A stretch of 49,450 nucleotides of DNA from a virus (lineage: Duplodnaviria; Caudoviricetes), in IMG/VR virus record IMGVR_UViG_3300010362_000024, positions 1-49,450 of that record; one strand, given 5' to 3'. A model generated the notes under the pieces. That model worked only from the letters and a program-made list of their open reading frames with translations. It searched no databases and was not told where the DNA came from. Numbering within the stretch: the first letter of the stretch is position 1; every line of letters begins with the position of its first letter. The translations under genes were made by a program, and so were the position numbers. Shown one piece after another: positions 9,174-18,278 of the stretch.

Positions 9174-10637
9174 TCAGGCCGCGGTACGAATGCGGGCAGT
9201 AGTGACACGTCCACGAGCCTTGCCCTCCTGGTCTGGGGCACCATAGTAACCCCTGTAGAAACGGCCCAACGCCTCTGGGCCGTGGTTGTCTTTGTCCAGC
9301 GGTTCCTCTGGCTTGCGCCTTTGTTCTGTGCGGCTCTCAGGGTACCTGTACCCGTCGGACATCTCCCAAATCAAGCCACGGCAGGAGCGGTCAATGAAGA
9401 GTTTGGGCTGCTTCTCCGGGTGCTCATCAGGCAGATGCTCAGGCTTGCGGCGGAGTGCTTGGCTGATGTACTGGAGACGGTGCCGCAGCGGTCCACCCGT
9501 TGCCTTGGAGAACGGCAGATGGAGCCTCTTGTGGAGTATGGCGCTGTCACCAGGACTAGCAGGGTCAGGGTAGAACATACGTGCTTTCATTGAAAGTGCG
9601 TCGCTCCATGTGAGCAGGTCGTTTGCTATGTCCTCAATGTCGCGCTCGGCCTGACGGTACTCGGCAATGACGTACACGTTGTCGAACACATCCACCTGTA
9701 TGAGTAGCCACACGAACGGGTTTGTCCAGCCGTAGTCACATGCGGCATACAGAGGCCATTGCGAGTTGTAGGTGAGGTTGCGAACATGCACCTCTTCATC
9801 AAAGGTGCCGAACACACGCCCAACGAACTCACTGAAGTCCGCACCAACCTCCTGCATGAACAGGGCGCGGGTCATCTCGATCGCCATCTCAATCACTTCA
9901 TTGTCGACCTGCTCATAGACCCAAGGAGGCACTTGTGTACCTGTCTCAAGGGCCAACAACAGCGCATCAATGCCTGCCTGCGTTGCGCCCATTGGGAACA
10001 CCGCTGTGTTGTACCATGACGGCACACGCCATGAAGCCCAACCAGGGCGCGAGGTATCTTGTCCCCACACCCACTTGTCATAGAAGTGGTTCTTGCCCTC
10101 TGGGGTTGAGAGCCACAGGCTCCAGCCATGCTTGTCAGCGAGTGCCGGTCTGATGTACTTGCTCCACACCCGTGCCTTCAACTTGGCAGCCTCTGTCATC
10201 ACCACACCCGCCAACCCTTCACCAACGAGGCTGTCAGGGTACTTGGCTGACTTCGCCACGACCTTGAACCTGCCATTCCAAAGGCTCACGATCATGTCGC
10301 CACCATCAGCGTTGTTGTATGAGCCTGGCTTGTCCAGTGGCACTTCAAGCCTGGAGAGGTCATTCCAGTGAATGCGAAACTCCTTCTCGGCATCACTGTA
10401 CTCTGGCCCAACAATCCAGTACTCATCGCGCTGTTGTTGCGCCTCCAGGACGTGCCGCTTGGCGAATGCCTCCAGTGCTTTAGTCGTCAGTTCATGCCCG
10501 CCCACAGTGGACTTGCCAAACCTCCGCCCGGCAGCAGCGACACGGTGGCGAGCGTGACTGCGATGTATGTCCACCTGCCCGTTGTGAGGCGCATAGCCAA
10601 GTGCCGGCCAAACGGCTTCACGAGGGAGGTTGATCAT
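9174..10637 (-). CDS. terL: Terminase large subunit
   Basis: Walker A 'AGRRFGKS', Walker B 'VVMTEAA', coupling motif 'STPEG', nuclease motifs 'CDYGWTNP' and 'DKDNHGPEAL'. Confidence 0.92.
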   Translation of the reverse strand: MINLPREAVWPALGYAPHNGQVDIHRSHARHRVAAAGRRFGKSTVGGHELTTKALEAFAKRHVLEAQQQRDEYWIVGPEYSDAEKEFRIHWNDLSRLEVPLDKPGSYNNADGGDMIVSLWNGRFKVVAKSAKYPDSLVGEGLAGVVMTEAAKLKARVWSKYIRPALADKHGWSLWLSTPEGKNHFYDKWVWGQDTSRPGWASWRVPSWYNTAVFPMGATQAGIDALLLALETGTQVPPWVYEQVDNEVIEMAIEMTRALFMQEVGADFSEFVGRVFGTFDEEVHVRNLTYNSQWPLYAACDYGWTNPFVWLLIQVDVFDNVYVIAEYRQAERDIEDIANDLLTWSDALSMKARMFYPDPASPGDSAILHKRLHLPFSKATGGPLRHRLQYISQALRRKPEHLPDEHPEKQPKLFIDRSCRGLIWEMSDGYRYPESRTEQRRKPEEPLDKDNHGPEALGRFYRGYYGAPDQEGKARGRVTTARIRTAA

Positions 10638-10827
10638 TCGCACGAGTAGCAGCACCCCTGCCAAACAAGCGGTCCAAGACCTGGTCGATAGGTAGTATGC
10701 CTATCAATATCAGGCCCACAGCGATCTCAATGACACGGTCCAACGCACCGCGCCCGAACACGGCATCAAGTATGAGCACCACACCAAGCAAGAACAGTAT
10801 GGCGTTCTTGACCGCCTTGGTACTCAT
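10618..10827 (-). CDS. Two-TM membrane protein (possible holin)
   Basis: 69 aa with two hydrophobic helices. Confidence 0.5.
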   Translation of the reverse strand: MSTKAVKNAILFLLGVVLILDAVFGRGALDRVIEIAVGLILIGILPIDQVLDRLFGRGAATRANDQPPS

Positions 10828-11123
10828 CGCTTGTTGCGAGTGCCCTTGGGCTGCCCATAGTGACGACCGGTGCCACCCTTGGTTGCGATGGTCGTTGAGC
10901 GCTTGGCCAAGGCAGGGTACTTGCGCCTCACAGCAGCATGGACCATCCGCTTCTCAGCAGGGCTGCCGTGCTGGCTCACCCTAGCAATGGCGTTGCGTGC
11001 GTGTGCCATGTCGTGTATGGGGTACTTGGCCTTGCCCTTGCCGCCTACAGGGCTGTTCTTGGGGACCGCGAATGACCCGCCCTTGAGCCTGTTGCGGCGC
11101 TTACTGGTCAAGCGTGTCATCAT
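10824..11123 (-). CDS. Basic hypothetical protein (DUF6582-like)
   Basis: 'KYPIHDMAHARNAIARVSQ' motif common in phage head modules; GGAGG RBS. Confidence 0.6.
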   Translation of the reverse strand: MMTRLTSKRRNRLKGGSFAVPKNSPVGGKGKAKYPIHDMAHARNAIARVSQHGSPAEKRMVHAAVRRKYPALAKRSTTIATKGGTGRHYGQPKGTRNKR

Positions 11124-11556
11124 CCTCCTCCCAGAGTATGCCGCCATCATCTTGCTCCATCTCAATCACGTGAGCCTCGCTGCCTCCAGCAAATTGAAGC
11201 ACCAGGCCCATCATGAGCCGCTCAAATGGAGTGTCGCCGATGATGCGCATATTGAGTGGAGCCTTGCCGTACACCCGATCAAGGATCAACTCTGCAGCAC
11301 GAACCCGTGCGGCCGCTGGGGACTCACCATCCTCCATGACGGCAATGAGCGTCTGTATGGCACGTGGAGTTGACTCTTGGAACAGCCGCTGCCCTTGCTC
11401 CAATATGGCACGCACGCGCTGCTGGTGCTCATCATTTGGGTGCTTGACGACACCACCGCCAAAGGTGCCATGCGCATCGCGCCGCCTGCCGCGCAGTATC
11501 TCCTCATCGTCCATGCGTGGGCGCCAACGCTCGCGCTCCTCACTGGACGTGCTCAT
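11101..11556 (-). CDS. terS: Terminase small subunit
   Basis: 151 aa helical protein with 'AARVRAAELILDRVYGKA'; upstream of TerL. Confidence 0.65.
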   Translation of the reverse strand: MSTSSEERERWRPRMDDEEILRGRRRDAHGTFGGGVVKHPNDEHQQRVRAILEQGQRLFQESTPRAIQTLIAVMEDGESPAAARVRAAELILDRVYGKAPLNMRIIGDTPFERLMMGLVLQFAGGSEAHVIEMEQDDGGILWEEDDDTLDQ

Positions 11557-11558
11557 GT

Positions 11559-11687
11559 TCAGCCTCTGGGCGGTGCGTGCCTGCGACCTTCAATGAAGCC
11601 GATGAGCATGATGAGGGCGATGACTGCGATGCCAATCGCCACAAACCACATCTGGACGGTGAACACTGCAACGCCTGTGGTGGTCAT
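11559..11687 (-). CDS. Small single-TM membrane protein (42 aa)
   Basis: MTTTGVAVFTVQMWFVAIGIAVIALIMLIGFIEGRRHAPPRG; ATGA overlap upstream. Confidence 0.5.
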   Translation of the reverse strand: MTTTGVAVFTVQMWFVAIGIAVIALIMLIGFIEGRRHAPPRG

Positions 11688-11851
11688 GTAGGAGTCCATT
11701 CCGCCGGGACAGCCGCAGCACTCGCTGCCTTTGGGTCGGTCTCATACAGTGCGCCCAACTGGTAGTCAAGCCGCAGTCGCTCCCAGGCCTTCAAGTGGAT
11801 GTGGCCGAGCCTGCCCGCAGGAGTGATGGGAGGCTGGATGCCGTTGCGCAT
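11684..11851 (-). CDS. Hypothetical protein
   Basis: Open frame filling the gap after the JAB gene; start uncertain (11851 or 11881). Confidence 0.4.
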   Translation of the reverse strand: MRNGIQPPITPAGRLGHIHLKAWERLRLDYQLGALYETDPKAASAAAVPAEWTPT

Positions 11852-11903
11852 CGTCTTGCCGCCATACTCACTGGGCCCCATTGGATCTGCCACGGCGCGG
11901 AGC

Positions 11904-12260
11904 CTACCCCACCGAGCCCGTCGCCGTCGAGCACCACACGTACAAATCACCACGTGCCCAGATGCCGTACATGAACTGAGGATGAGAACGCAGCCGGTCA
12001 ATCTCACTCAACTCTTCACTACCATTGGGATGTGAGTGGATCACTGCCACGATGCGATCAAGGTACCTCTCCACCAGCGCAGGCTCGATCATGTAGTCAT
12101 CATCGCCCACCGCAACATTGACACTGCGCACGTATTGGAGACCATCAATCTCGCTGCGCACAACGAGTCCGCACGCCTCACGATCAATGACCCTGCGCAT
12201 GTGAGCACGAATGCCGTCCATGACCCACACTGGCCACTTGGGCTCAGTCAACTGCCACAT
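11904..12260 (-). CDS. JAB/MPN+ (Mov34) metallopeptidase
   Basis: 'EACG...HSHPNGSEELSEID' is the E-x(n)-HxH-x7-S-x2-D motif; GGAGG RBS before ATG 12260. Confidence 0.85.
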   Translation of the reverse strand: MWQLTEPKWPVWVMDGIRAHMRRVIDREACGLVVRSEIDGLQYVRSVNVAVGDDDYMIEPALVERYLDRIVAVIHSHPNGSEELSEIDRLRSHPQFMYGIWARGDLYVWCSTATGSVG

Positions 12261-12687
12261 GTGACACCTCCAGGTCACGCCAACGCAGTTTGTTCCGCCG
12301 GAGAAAGACAATGAGGTGGCGCAGTGCGTCCATTGCGTGAGGATGTCCAGGCCACCACCAGCCCCAAGCCTTCAACCTCTCATCGCTCGCCACAGTCATG
12401 TCACTTGGCACTTGCCACGACACCTCAATCAACAGGCCACTGGCATCAATGAGTGCCTCCAACATCGCGCCCACACGCATGGCCGACAGTGATTGCCACG
12501 TGTAGCCCTTGGTCGGCTGCGGAACAAACCTCTCCACCACAACCTCCTCCAGCCCAGCAATCAACTCCAGCACCGCCCAAGCATTGAGCAGGTCAGTGCC
12601 CTTGCTGAACTCCAGCAACTTCACCGATCCATCGTCATACAGTGCCATGCCGCAAGTGCCCCCAGGATCAAGCGTGGCAATGTTCAT
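12244..12687 (-). CDS. RuvC-like Holliday junction resolvase
   Basis: 'LDPGGTCG', 'VVVERF' and 'HAMDALRH' RNase H-fold motifs. Confidence 0.8.
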   Translation of the reverse strand: MNIATLDPGGTCGMALYDDGSVKLLEFSKGTDLLNAWAVLELIAGLEEVVVERFVPQPTKGYTWQSLSAMRVGAMLEALIDASGLLIEVSWQVPSDMTVASDERLKAWGWWWPGHPHAMDALRHLIVFLRRNKLRWRDLEVSHVAVD

Positions 12688-12938
12688 GAGCCATACCTCT
12701 GCCACCATTCGCTGCTTGTATCTATGGGACGCAATTCAAGAGCAATAGCGCGCAAGATTGCTGCCCCACTGGGGGCTTGACTCATAGCATTGGTGTACCG
12801 CCGTACATATGCCTCCACGGTGTCACGATCTGCGGGCCCAAGCGCGCCACCAAGAGGCACTCCCTGTTCATCAACAACCAATGCGCACCACTGCACGTTT
12901 GACCTCCAATTGTCTCGCGCGACCTTTGTCATTTGCAT
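12684..12938 (-). CDS. Hypothetical protein
   Basis: Open frame coupled (ATGA) to the RuvC-like gene; start uncertain. Confidence 0.5.
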   Translation of the reverse strand: MQMTKVARDNWRSNVQWCALVVDEQGVPLGGALGPADRDTVEAYVRRYTNAMSQAPSGAAILRAIALELRPIDTSSEWWQRYGS

Positions 12939-12939
12939 T

Positions 12940-13058
12940 TGTACTGCCCCCCAATTCCACAACCCATACGGCCCTATGCATTGCCCCCCACCCGTAGGGG
13001 GCGGGCGAGGGCAGTGCCCCGGTCAAGCCGGGCAGTAGCGGGCAGTGGGGGCAGTACA
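12940..13058. repeat. GGGCAGT repeat cluster bounded by a 12-bp inverted repeat (candidate origin or operator)
   Basis: gggcagt at 13009, 13030, 13040 and 13049; tgtactgccccc (12940-12951) is the reverse complement of gggggcagtaca (13047-13058). Confidence 0.5.
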
Positions 13059-14966
13059 TCACAGAATCCTGCCTTGCTTCACGCACTCCAACCCCAAATC
13101 AGTCAGTTCACAAAGCAATGCTTTGGACCCAGGACGCTGCGTGCGCAGCACATATCCCTCAGCATCCAGCATTGCCATAAGACCACTGTCGTGCTTTGTA
13201 TTATAGTATTCACCACTGGGTTGACCAGGCACCTTCCAAATCTTCACCAGGGCTGCAAGCATCTTTGAGTCCTTCAAAGCAGCCTGACGATCCTTGCCAA
13301 GTGTACCAAGTCGCAATGAGTGATCTGCACGATTGAACTCAAGCACTGTCTCTGGGTGATCGATGTCAGCACGACCTGTTGACTTGAAGAACCTCTCACG
13401 AGTGGGATTGCCATCCTCATCTGGGCCATAGAAGATCAGCCATTCAACATCAATGCCGCCACGCAGCCTACTTGCACCACGTGCTCGCGCCTGCTCATGA
13501 CCCATATGATGTACAAACAAGGTCTCACTTACACCGGCTTGAGCAGTGATTTCATCCCAGATTGAGAAGAATGTTGTCACCTCATCATTGGAGTTCTCAC
13601 TGAATCCGCACGAATTCAAGGCAACGCCAAGCACATCCAGGATAATGACCTCACACTCCCAACGCTTGAACTCTTCAATCCACCACAACCGCAACTCAGG
13701 GTCAATCAGATTGAAGGTGCTAGACATGCCCCGCAATGCCCACCCATGCACTCTGTCACTGCTCTCGGCGGATATGCCAATGCCGCCTAACAATCCGCCC
13801 AATTGCATAGTATCCATCTCATTGTCTATGAGACCTACACGTCCAACCAATGGATCGTCGATGTCATACATACCCAAGAACAACTCACCATTGACTAATG
13901 CTCGGAGCAGGTTTGCAACCATTGTGGTCTTGCCTGCCTTCTGTTGAGCAGTCAGCAACACCTTGCCATTGGTTGGCCACAGACTGTGAATGCGAAACGG
14001 CTCATGACCATTCGGCATTAGCAACAACTCATCGAGCGACCAACCAACAGGATACTTGATCTCACCACGCTGCTCAGCCTTGAGTTCACGCAAGATTTGT
14101 TGACGTTCGCGTTCTCGTTGCTTGCGTTCTTCATATGACATCGGACTATGGCCCATACCACGCATGGCTACCGGCTCGCGCCTGCCTTGCTGATGAGCAG
14201 AGTTCCATGCATGAGCAACCTCGCTCCATTTGAACTCACCGCCCATGTCCTTCACAGCACGCCAGTAGAAGATCAAGCCAGGCTTTGCATCTGCCTTGCT
14301 CCAGCCGTCATCACGTAACTGACATGAAAGATTGAAGGCAGTGGGCTGCCTGGCCTCAGCATTATGGACCTCAGCAATGTACTTGTGTACCCAATACATC
14401 ACATCATGGGTCTGCAAGCCAGCATTCTCCGCCGCAGGTTCAGAAGGCTCCAGTGTCACAAAGTCATTGAGGCCATAGCCAGCCATGAAGTGATCTGCAG
14501 CATCCTTGCCCTCAGCAGCGCGCACGCACCGCAACACTCGGTCACCCAGCAACCCCATGAGTCTCTGCGCCTGCTTGTTACCAGCACCGCCATCTTGATC
14601 TGCTACAATAATGACCTTGGCATCAAGTAGGTAGTGCGTCAACCCTTTCCATGCGCCCATCCCATCTGGGCAGCACGTCGCAACAGCACCCAACTCAGCC
14701 ATTGCGTCGCAATCCTTCTCACCATCGCAGATCCATACCACTTGATGGGCAAGTGCAGCACGCACGACAGCGGGCAAATGGTAGATGTACTTGACAGGAC
14801 CAGCACCAAACACCCAGCGACTACCTACCTTGTGTACCTGCCTGAACTCTTTCTTGTCCAGGTATCGGCGTGTCGCATGCTTCTCATTTTCTTGCTCATC
14901 GTGGTACACATAGTCTTTGAAAGGTCGCGCTCGCCCGTCGTCGTTCGGTGCGCTACGCTTAGGCAC
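13059..14966 (-). CDS. TOPRIM primase / RepA-type (AAA_25) helicase fusion
   Basis: TOPRIM motifs 'ICDGEKD', 'VADQD' and 'GKDAAD'; C-terminal P-loop 'AQQKAGKT', 'IILDVL', 'FVHHMG', 'ARGAS'. Confidence 0.85.
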   Translation of the reverse strand: MPKRSAPNDDGRARPFKDYVYHDEQENEKHATRRYLDKKEFRQVHKVGSRWVFGAGPVKYIYHLPAVVRAALAHQVVWICDGEKDCDAMAELGAVATCCPDGMGAWKGLTHYLLDAKVIIVADQDGGAGNKQAQRLMGLLGDRVLRCVRAAEGKDAADHFMAGYGLNDFVTLEPSEPAAENAGLQTHDVMYWVHKYIAEVHNAEARQPTAFNLSCQLRDDGWSKADAKPGLIFYWRAVKDMGGEFKWSEVAHAWNSAHQQGRREPVAMRGMGHSPMSYEERKQRERERQQILRELKAEQRGEIKYPVGWSLDELLLMPNGHEPFRIHSLWPTNGKVLLTAQQKAGKTTMVANLLRALVNGELFLGMYDIDDPLVGRVGLIDNEMDTMQLGGLLGGIGISAESSDRVHGWALRGMSSTFNLIDPELRLWWIEEFKRWECEVIILDVLGVALNSCGFSENSNDEVTTFFSIWDEITAQAGVSETLFVHHMGHEQARARGASRLRGGIDVEWLIFYGPDEDGNPTRERFFKSTGRADIDHPETVLEFNRADHSLRLGTLGKDRQAALKDSKMLAALVKIWKVPGQPSGEYYNTKHDSGLMAMLDAEGYVLRTQRPGSKALLCELTDLGLECVKQGRIL

Positions 14967-15183
14967 AGCGCCTCCAAACGCTTACGGAGTCAGGGGTCTC
15001 ACCGCCCCTGGCTCCACCATTGTTGTCCATACCAACGCTCCCTGTGCCCGCTCCGACGGCAATGCTCATACTACAACATGAACATTAGGGGGAATAGCAG
15101 AGCCTACGTCACGCGTATTTCGGCCGCACGAGTGACCCACCTCACAGAATGGGGCCCACGAGCGCCCACGATTCCCGCACACG

Positions 15184-15774
15184 CTACGTGCGGAATACGT
15201 AGAGCACGCTGTAGTTCGACCGCGAGTGGACCTGCCCACGTCCAGGCGGTTGTGGCGAGCCATTGTTGATATATATGAACTTGTCAACGACGGTCATATC
15301 CAGATAGAGCGCCATATGCATAGTCCAATAGGTGCCCATCCACATACGCCCGCTTGAGACATAGTCCATACATTTCATGAGGACCAGCCCACCGACCACC
15401 GCCACCCTGCGGCACTCATGCAGCCCCTCATTCATCAACTTCTGCAATGCAGCAGGAGACTTGGGCGTCTCAAAGTTGCCATAGCGGTTGTGCTTGTCCT
15501 TGGTCGTACTGGTTTCCCTGCCTCCAATTGACACGTATGGCGGGTCATACACCACGCAGTCAAACTGCTCATCCTCATAAGGCAGGTCAGTGAAGTTGCC
15601 CGCAAACCGCACCAAGGCAGGCGGGTTCCAATCACGCCACCAGCCACCGCGCCCGTAGGTAGCATCAAGCACGGACATGTCATTGCTGAGGTACCCCAAC
15701 TTGGCAACGTCTGCAATCAATGCGGCGTTGTCTCGCCACTTGTGGCAACTCTGTACCTCACTTCCGGCGGACAT
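15184..15774 (-). CDS. DNA amino-methyltransferase (N6A/N4C)
   Basis: Motif I variant 'LDATYGRGGWW' and catalytic 'YDPPY'. Confidence 0.8.
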   Translation of the reverse strand: MSAGSEVQSCHKWRDNAALIADVAKLGYLSNDMSVLDATYGRGGWWRDWNPPALVRFAGNFTDLPYEDEQFDCVVYDPPYVSIGGRETSTTKDKHNRYGNFETPKSPAALQKLMNEGLHECRRVAVVGGLVLMKCMDYVSSGRMWMGTYWTMHMALYLDMTVVDKFIYINNGSPQPPGRGQVHSRSNYSVLYVFRT

Positions 15775-16348
15775 CGTACCCAAGCCATTCGCAATCCGCC
15801 CGCGCACCCAGAAGGTCATTGGCAATGCGCAGGTTATAACTCGTCCATTTGCTCACACCCACATTGCGCCTCCGATGTTTGTGACCAAGCGGTCGGCCAA
15901 ACCACTTCTCCAACTCACCACAGTCCATGCGTACCACATCAACACACTCAAGCAGATCGGCATTCTCCTTCAATGACAGCAGCCATAGGTCCGGTGACCG
16001 CAGAGTGTTGAGTATGCCGATCTTCCATGCCACACTCGCACGCTCACGTTTGGCGTCTGACAGGAACAGCAATGCCTCAGTGAAGTCCATCTGGCTCACA
16101 TAGCGCGCCCCCCATTGGGAGTAGTTCTGCGGGTCATGGAGATAGTGATAGATGGACTCCAGACGGCCATACGGGTTGCGCACCTGTATGTAGCGGTCAA
16201 ACAGTTCATACTCATGCGGCACAATCATTCGGTGCAGCCCTGGCCGCACGCACACGTATTGCAGACTCCGTGCGACAGCCTCCGATGTGTATGTGCCGCA
16301 CCTGGCCGGCGTTGCGAGTATGCGCTCCCCATGCACGTCCACAATCAC
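15758..16348 (-). CDS. Sulfotransferase-family (Sulfotransfer_2-like) protein
   Basis: 5'-PSB-like 'PARCGTYTS' and 3'-PB-like 'VRNPYGRLESIY' motifs. Confidence 0.6.
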   Translation of the reverse strand: MIVDVHGERILATPARCGTYTSEAVARSLQYVCVRPGLHRMIVPHEYELFDRYIQVRNPYGRLESIYHYLHDPQNYSQWGARYVSQMDFTEALLFLSDAKRERASVAWKIGILNTLRSPDLWLLSLKENADLLECVDVVRMDCGELEKWFGRPLGHKHRRRNVGVSKWTSYNLRIANDLLGARADCEWLGYDVRRK

Positions 16349-16545
16349 CGTCTTGCCTCCCTTGCTGAGTCTCGCAATTCAAGCAGTAGTGCCGTGACAT
16401 CCTCCGCGCTCAAGTACAAGTCCAGAGTGCGCCTTGCCCATGATGGGGGAGTGATGTACTCGCACTCCACCCATAGGGCATGATCAGTCCCAGTCGTTGT
16501 CTTGAGAGGGTAGTCAAGCACCCTCTTCAATCTGATTGTTGCCAT
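16345..16545 (-). CDS. Hypothetical protein
   Basis: 66 aa; GAGGTG RBS; coupled to neighbouring genes. Confidence 0.55.
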   Translation of the reverse strand: MATIRLKRVLDYPLKTTTGTDHALWVECEYITPPSWARRTLDLYLSAEDVTALLLELRDSAREARR

Positions 16546-16551
16546 CTCACC

Positions 16552-16680
16552 TCACCTCCAACCTATGATCCAGAGTGCCGCTCGCAAACCAGCAGCAATC
16601 AGCACTATTGCCAACAAGGCAGCCACCGCAATGACGACGATCCCAGTGGCGATGTCAATCCAACGATCACCCACCGGCAT
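16552..16680 (-). CDS. Small membrane protein (42 aa)
   Basis: MPVGDRWIDIATGIVVIAVAALLAIVLIAAGLRAALWIIGWR. Confidence 0.45.
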   Translation of the reverse strand: MPVGDRWIDIATGIVVIAVAALLAIVLIAAGLRAALWIIGWR

Positions 16681-16939
16681 CTGCCAGCCTGACCAATACA
16701 TCACCGTGGCACTCCAACGGCGCGCAGAAGCAGCCAAGCCTCTTGCCTCGCAATGAGGGCAGATCAGCAAGCAACTCCGGCTGCTCCATGATCCACTCCT
16801 CAAACTTCGCAATGACCTCAGCACGAGTGCCATCTGGGCCCATGATGAATGGGTTGCCCCATTTGCTGCGTCTGCCGATGTACACATCGCAATCACCCTT
16901 GCGAATGTTCACGACGCAAGTCTTCCAACCAGTGCTCAC
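16667..16939 (-). CDS. DUF4326-family protein
   Basis: 'DVYIGRRSKWGNPF...LRGKRLGCFCAPLECHGDVL' signature. Confidence 0.85.
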   Translation of the reverse strand: MSTGWKTCVVNIRKGDCDVYIGRRSKWGNPFIMGPDGTRAEVIAKFEEWIMEQPELLADLPSLRGKRLGCFCAPLECHGDVLVRLADAGG

Positions 16940-17385
16940 AGACCTTTCCCTCCATGCCGCCAGGCTCGCGTCTCGTTGTAGTCCATCTTCTTGCGGTACT
17001 CCTCAAAGAGATCAATGCCGGCATACTCGCAGGTGTCCAAGAGCCTGATGAGCAAGTCGGCCAACTCACTGGCGACACCCTCCGGCTTTGCTACAGAGCC
17101 GGCACGCACCCAAGCAATGGAATTGGGGTCACCAGGAGGCAACACGGCATAGCCATCACCAGTCTCAAACTTGAGCATCGGGTCCATACGCCATTCCCGA
17201 TATGCCTCCAATGCTTCACTCAACTCTGAGTGCATGAGCGCGATCTCATCGCCGAATGTCCGCCCAAGAGGGTCAGGGTATCCGCCCCCACCAGACACCC
17301 TCCAGCCCTTGCGTTCGCACCAGGCCCGCACATCCTTCCCCATCTGCTGGAACAATGCACTACCTGTTGACAGTACCTTCACCAT
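16936..17385 (-). CDS. MazG-like nucleotide pyrophosphohydrolase
   Basis: 'IALMHSELSEALEAYR...ELADLLIRLLD...KMDYNETR...HGGK'. Confidence 0.8.
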   Translation of the reverse strand: MVKVLSTGSALFQQMGKDVRAWCERKGWRVSGGGGYPDPLGRTFGDEIALMHSELSEALEAYREWRMDPMLKFETGDGYAVLPPGDPNSIAWVRAGSVAKPEGVASELADLLIRLLDTCEYAGIDLFEEYRKKMDYNETRAWRHGGKGL

Positions 17386-17388
17386 CAC

Positions 17389-17541
17389 TCAACCTCCGTG
17401 TATGGGGCAGTAATCGCCCACTCGCAGGATTGGACAGGTGCAACCCTTCTCTGCTTCAGCCCTCTCATGATGCACAACGCGTTCCAAGCCTTTGTGCTCG
17501 GACCAAGGCTTGTCACATGACTTCCACGGACATTTGTCCAT
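17389..17541 (-). CDS. Small Cys/His-rich protein (50 aa)
   Basis: MDKCPWKSCDKPWSEH...CTCPILRVGDYCPIHGG; TGATG coupling; fills the gap. Confidence 0.5.
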   Translation of the reverse strand: MDKCPWKSCDKPWSEHKGLERVVHHERAEAEKGCTCPILRVGDYCPIHGG

Positions 17542-17882
17542 CACTCAACCTCCCAGTCATCGAACCATTCGGCCACTACCTCGTCATCGATTGCGACGAC
17601 AACGAGTCCAACACGATCCACACGCACATCAACATCGCAACGACCCGCGACCCTGAACACAATGCGCCACCCCAACAGGGCAGCCGAGTGCAACGTCCCG
17701 CGCAGGGCATCATGCTCCATCACCCGGTACACCTCCAACCAGCCAGGGAAGTCATACGGCAACTCACCCATGCCAGCAGGGACACCGACGTGATTGATGT
17801 CCACTGTGCGATCCTCATTCACACGAGCGGACCAACGCTCACCGAGCCGACTCATATCAACGGTATGTTCCTTTGGCATCAC
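17541..17882 (-). CDS. Hypothetical protein
   Basis: 113 aa, coupled to both neighbours. Confidence 0.55.
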   Translation of the reverse strand: MMPKEHTVDMSRLGERWSARVNEDRTVDINHVGVPAGMGELPYDFPGWLEVYRVMEHDALRGTLHSAALLGWRIVFRVAGRCDVDVRVDRVGLVVVAIDDEVVAEWFDDWEVE

Positions 17883-18094
17883 ACCACCAACTTCTCAATG
17901 ACATCGCCCAACTCACGGCACAATGCGATCTGCCTCTGATCCTCATGCCTTTGGACATCGCACATCTCCGCACAGCCGTGCCAGATCAGCCGCACGGTGC
18001 CCGTCCCATTGCCCCAGATGTTCGATCTGAATTTGACGATGTCACCTCGCTTGAGGTCAGGGTAGTCCTTGAATGACTTTGGGTCACAGACCAT
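17879..18094 (-). CDS. Hypothetical protein (SH3/KOW-like)
   Basis: 71 aa, 'LKRGDIVKF...GTGTV'; GAGGTG RBS. Confidence 0.5.
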   Translation of the reverse strand: MVCDPKSFKDYPDLKRGDIVKFRSNIWGNGTGTVRLIWHGCAEMCDVQRHEDQRQIALCRELGDVIEKLVV

Positions 18095-18095
18095 A

Positions 18096-18278
18096 TCACC
18101 TCACAAACAAGTTGCGCCAGAGTGGATGACCATGCATGCGGCAGAGCGTCTTGCCTCGCTCAACCTTCCTGGGACACCGGCGGAATGTCCACTGGTCATA
18201 TCGGTACCTTTGCTGTCTGTACTGGCAGCGTCGCCCCAGCAATTGCCACAACCATCTCAACCTTGAATTGACCTCCAC
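18096..18278 (-). CDS. Hypothetical protein (Cys/His-rich)
   Basis: 60 aa in an uninterrupted gene chain. Confidence 0.4.
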   Translation of the reverse strand: MEVNSRLRWLWQLLGRRCQYRQQRYRYDQWTFRRCPRKVERGKTLCRMHGHPLWRNLFVR

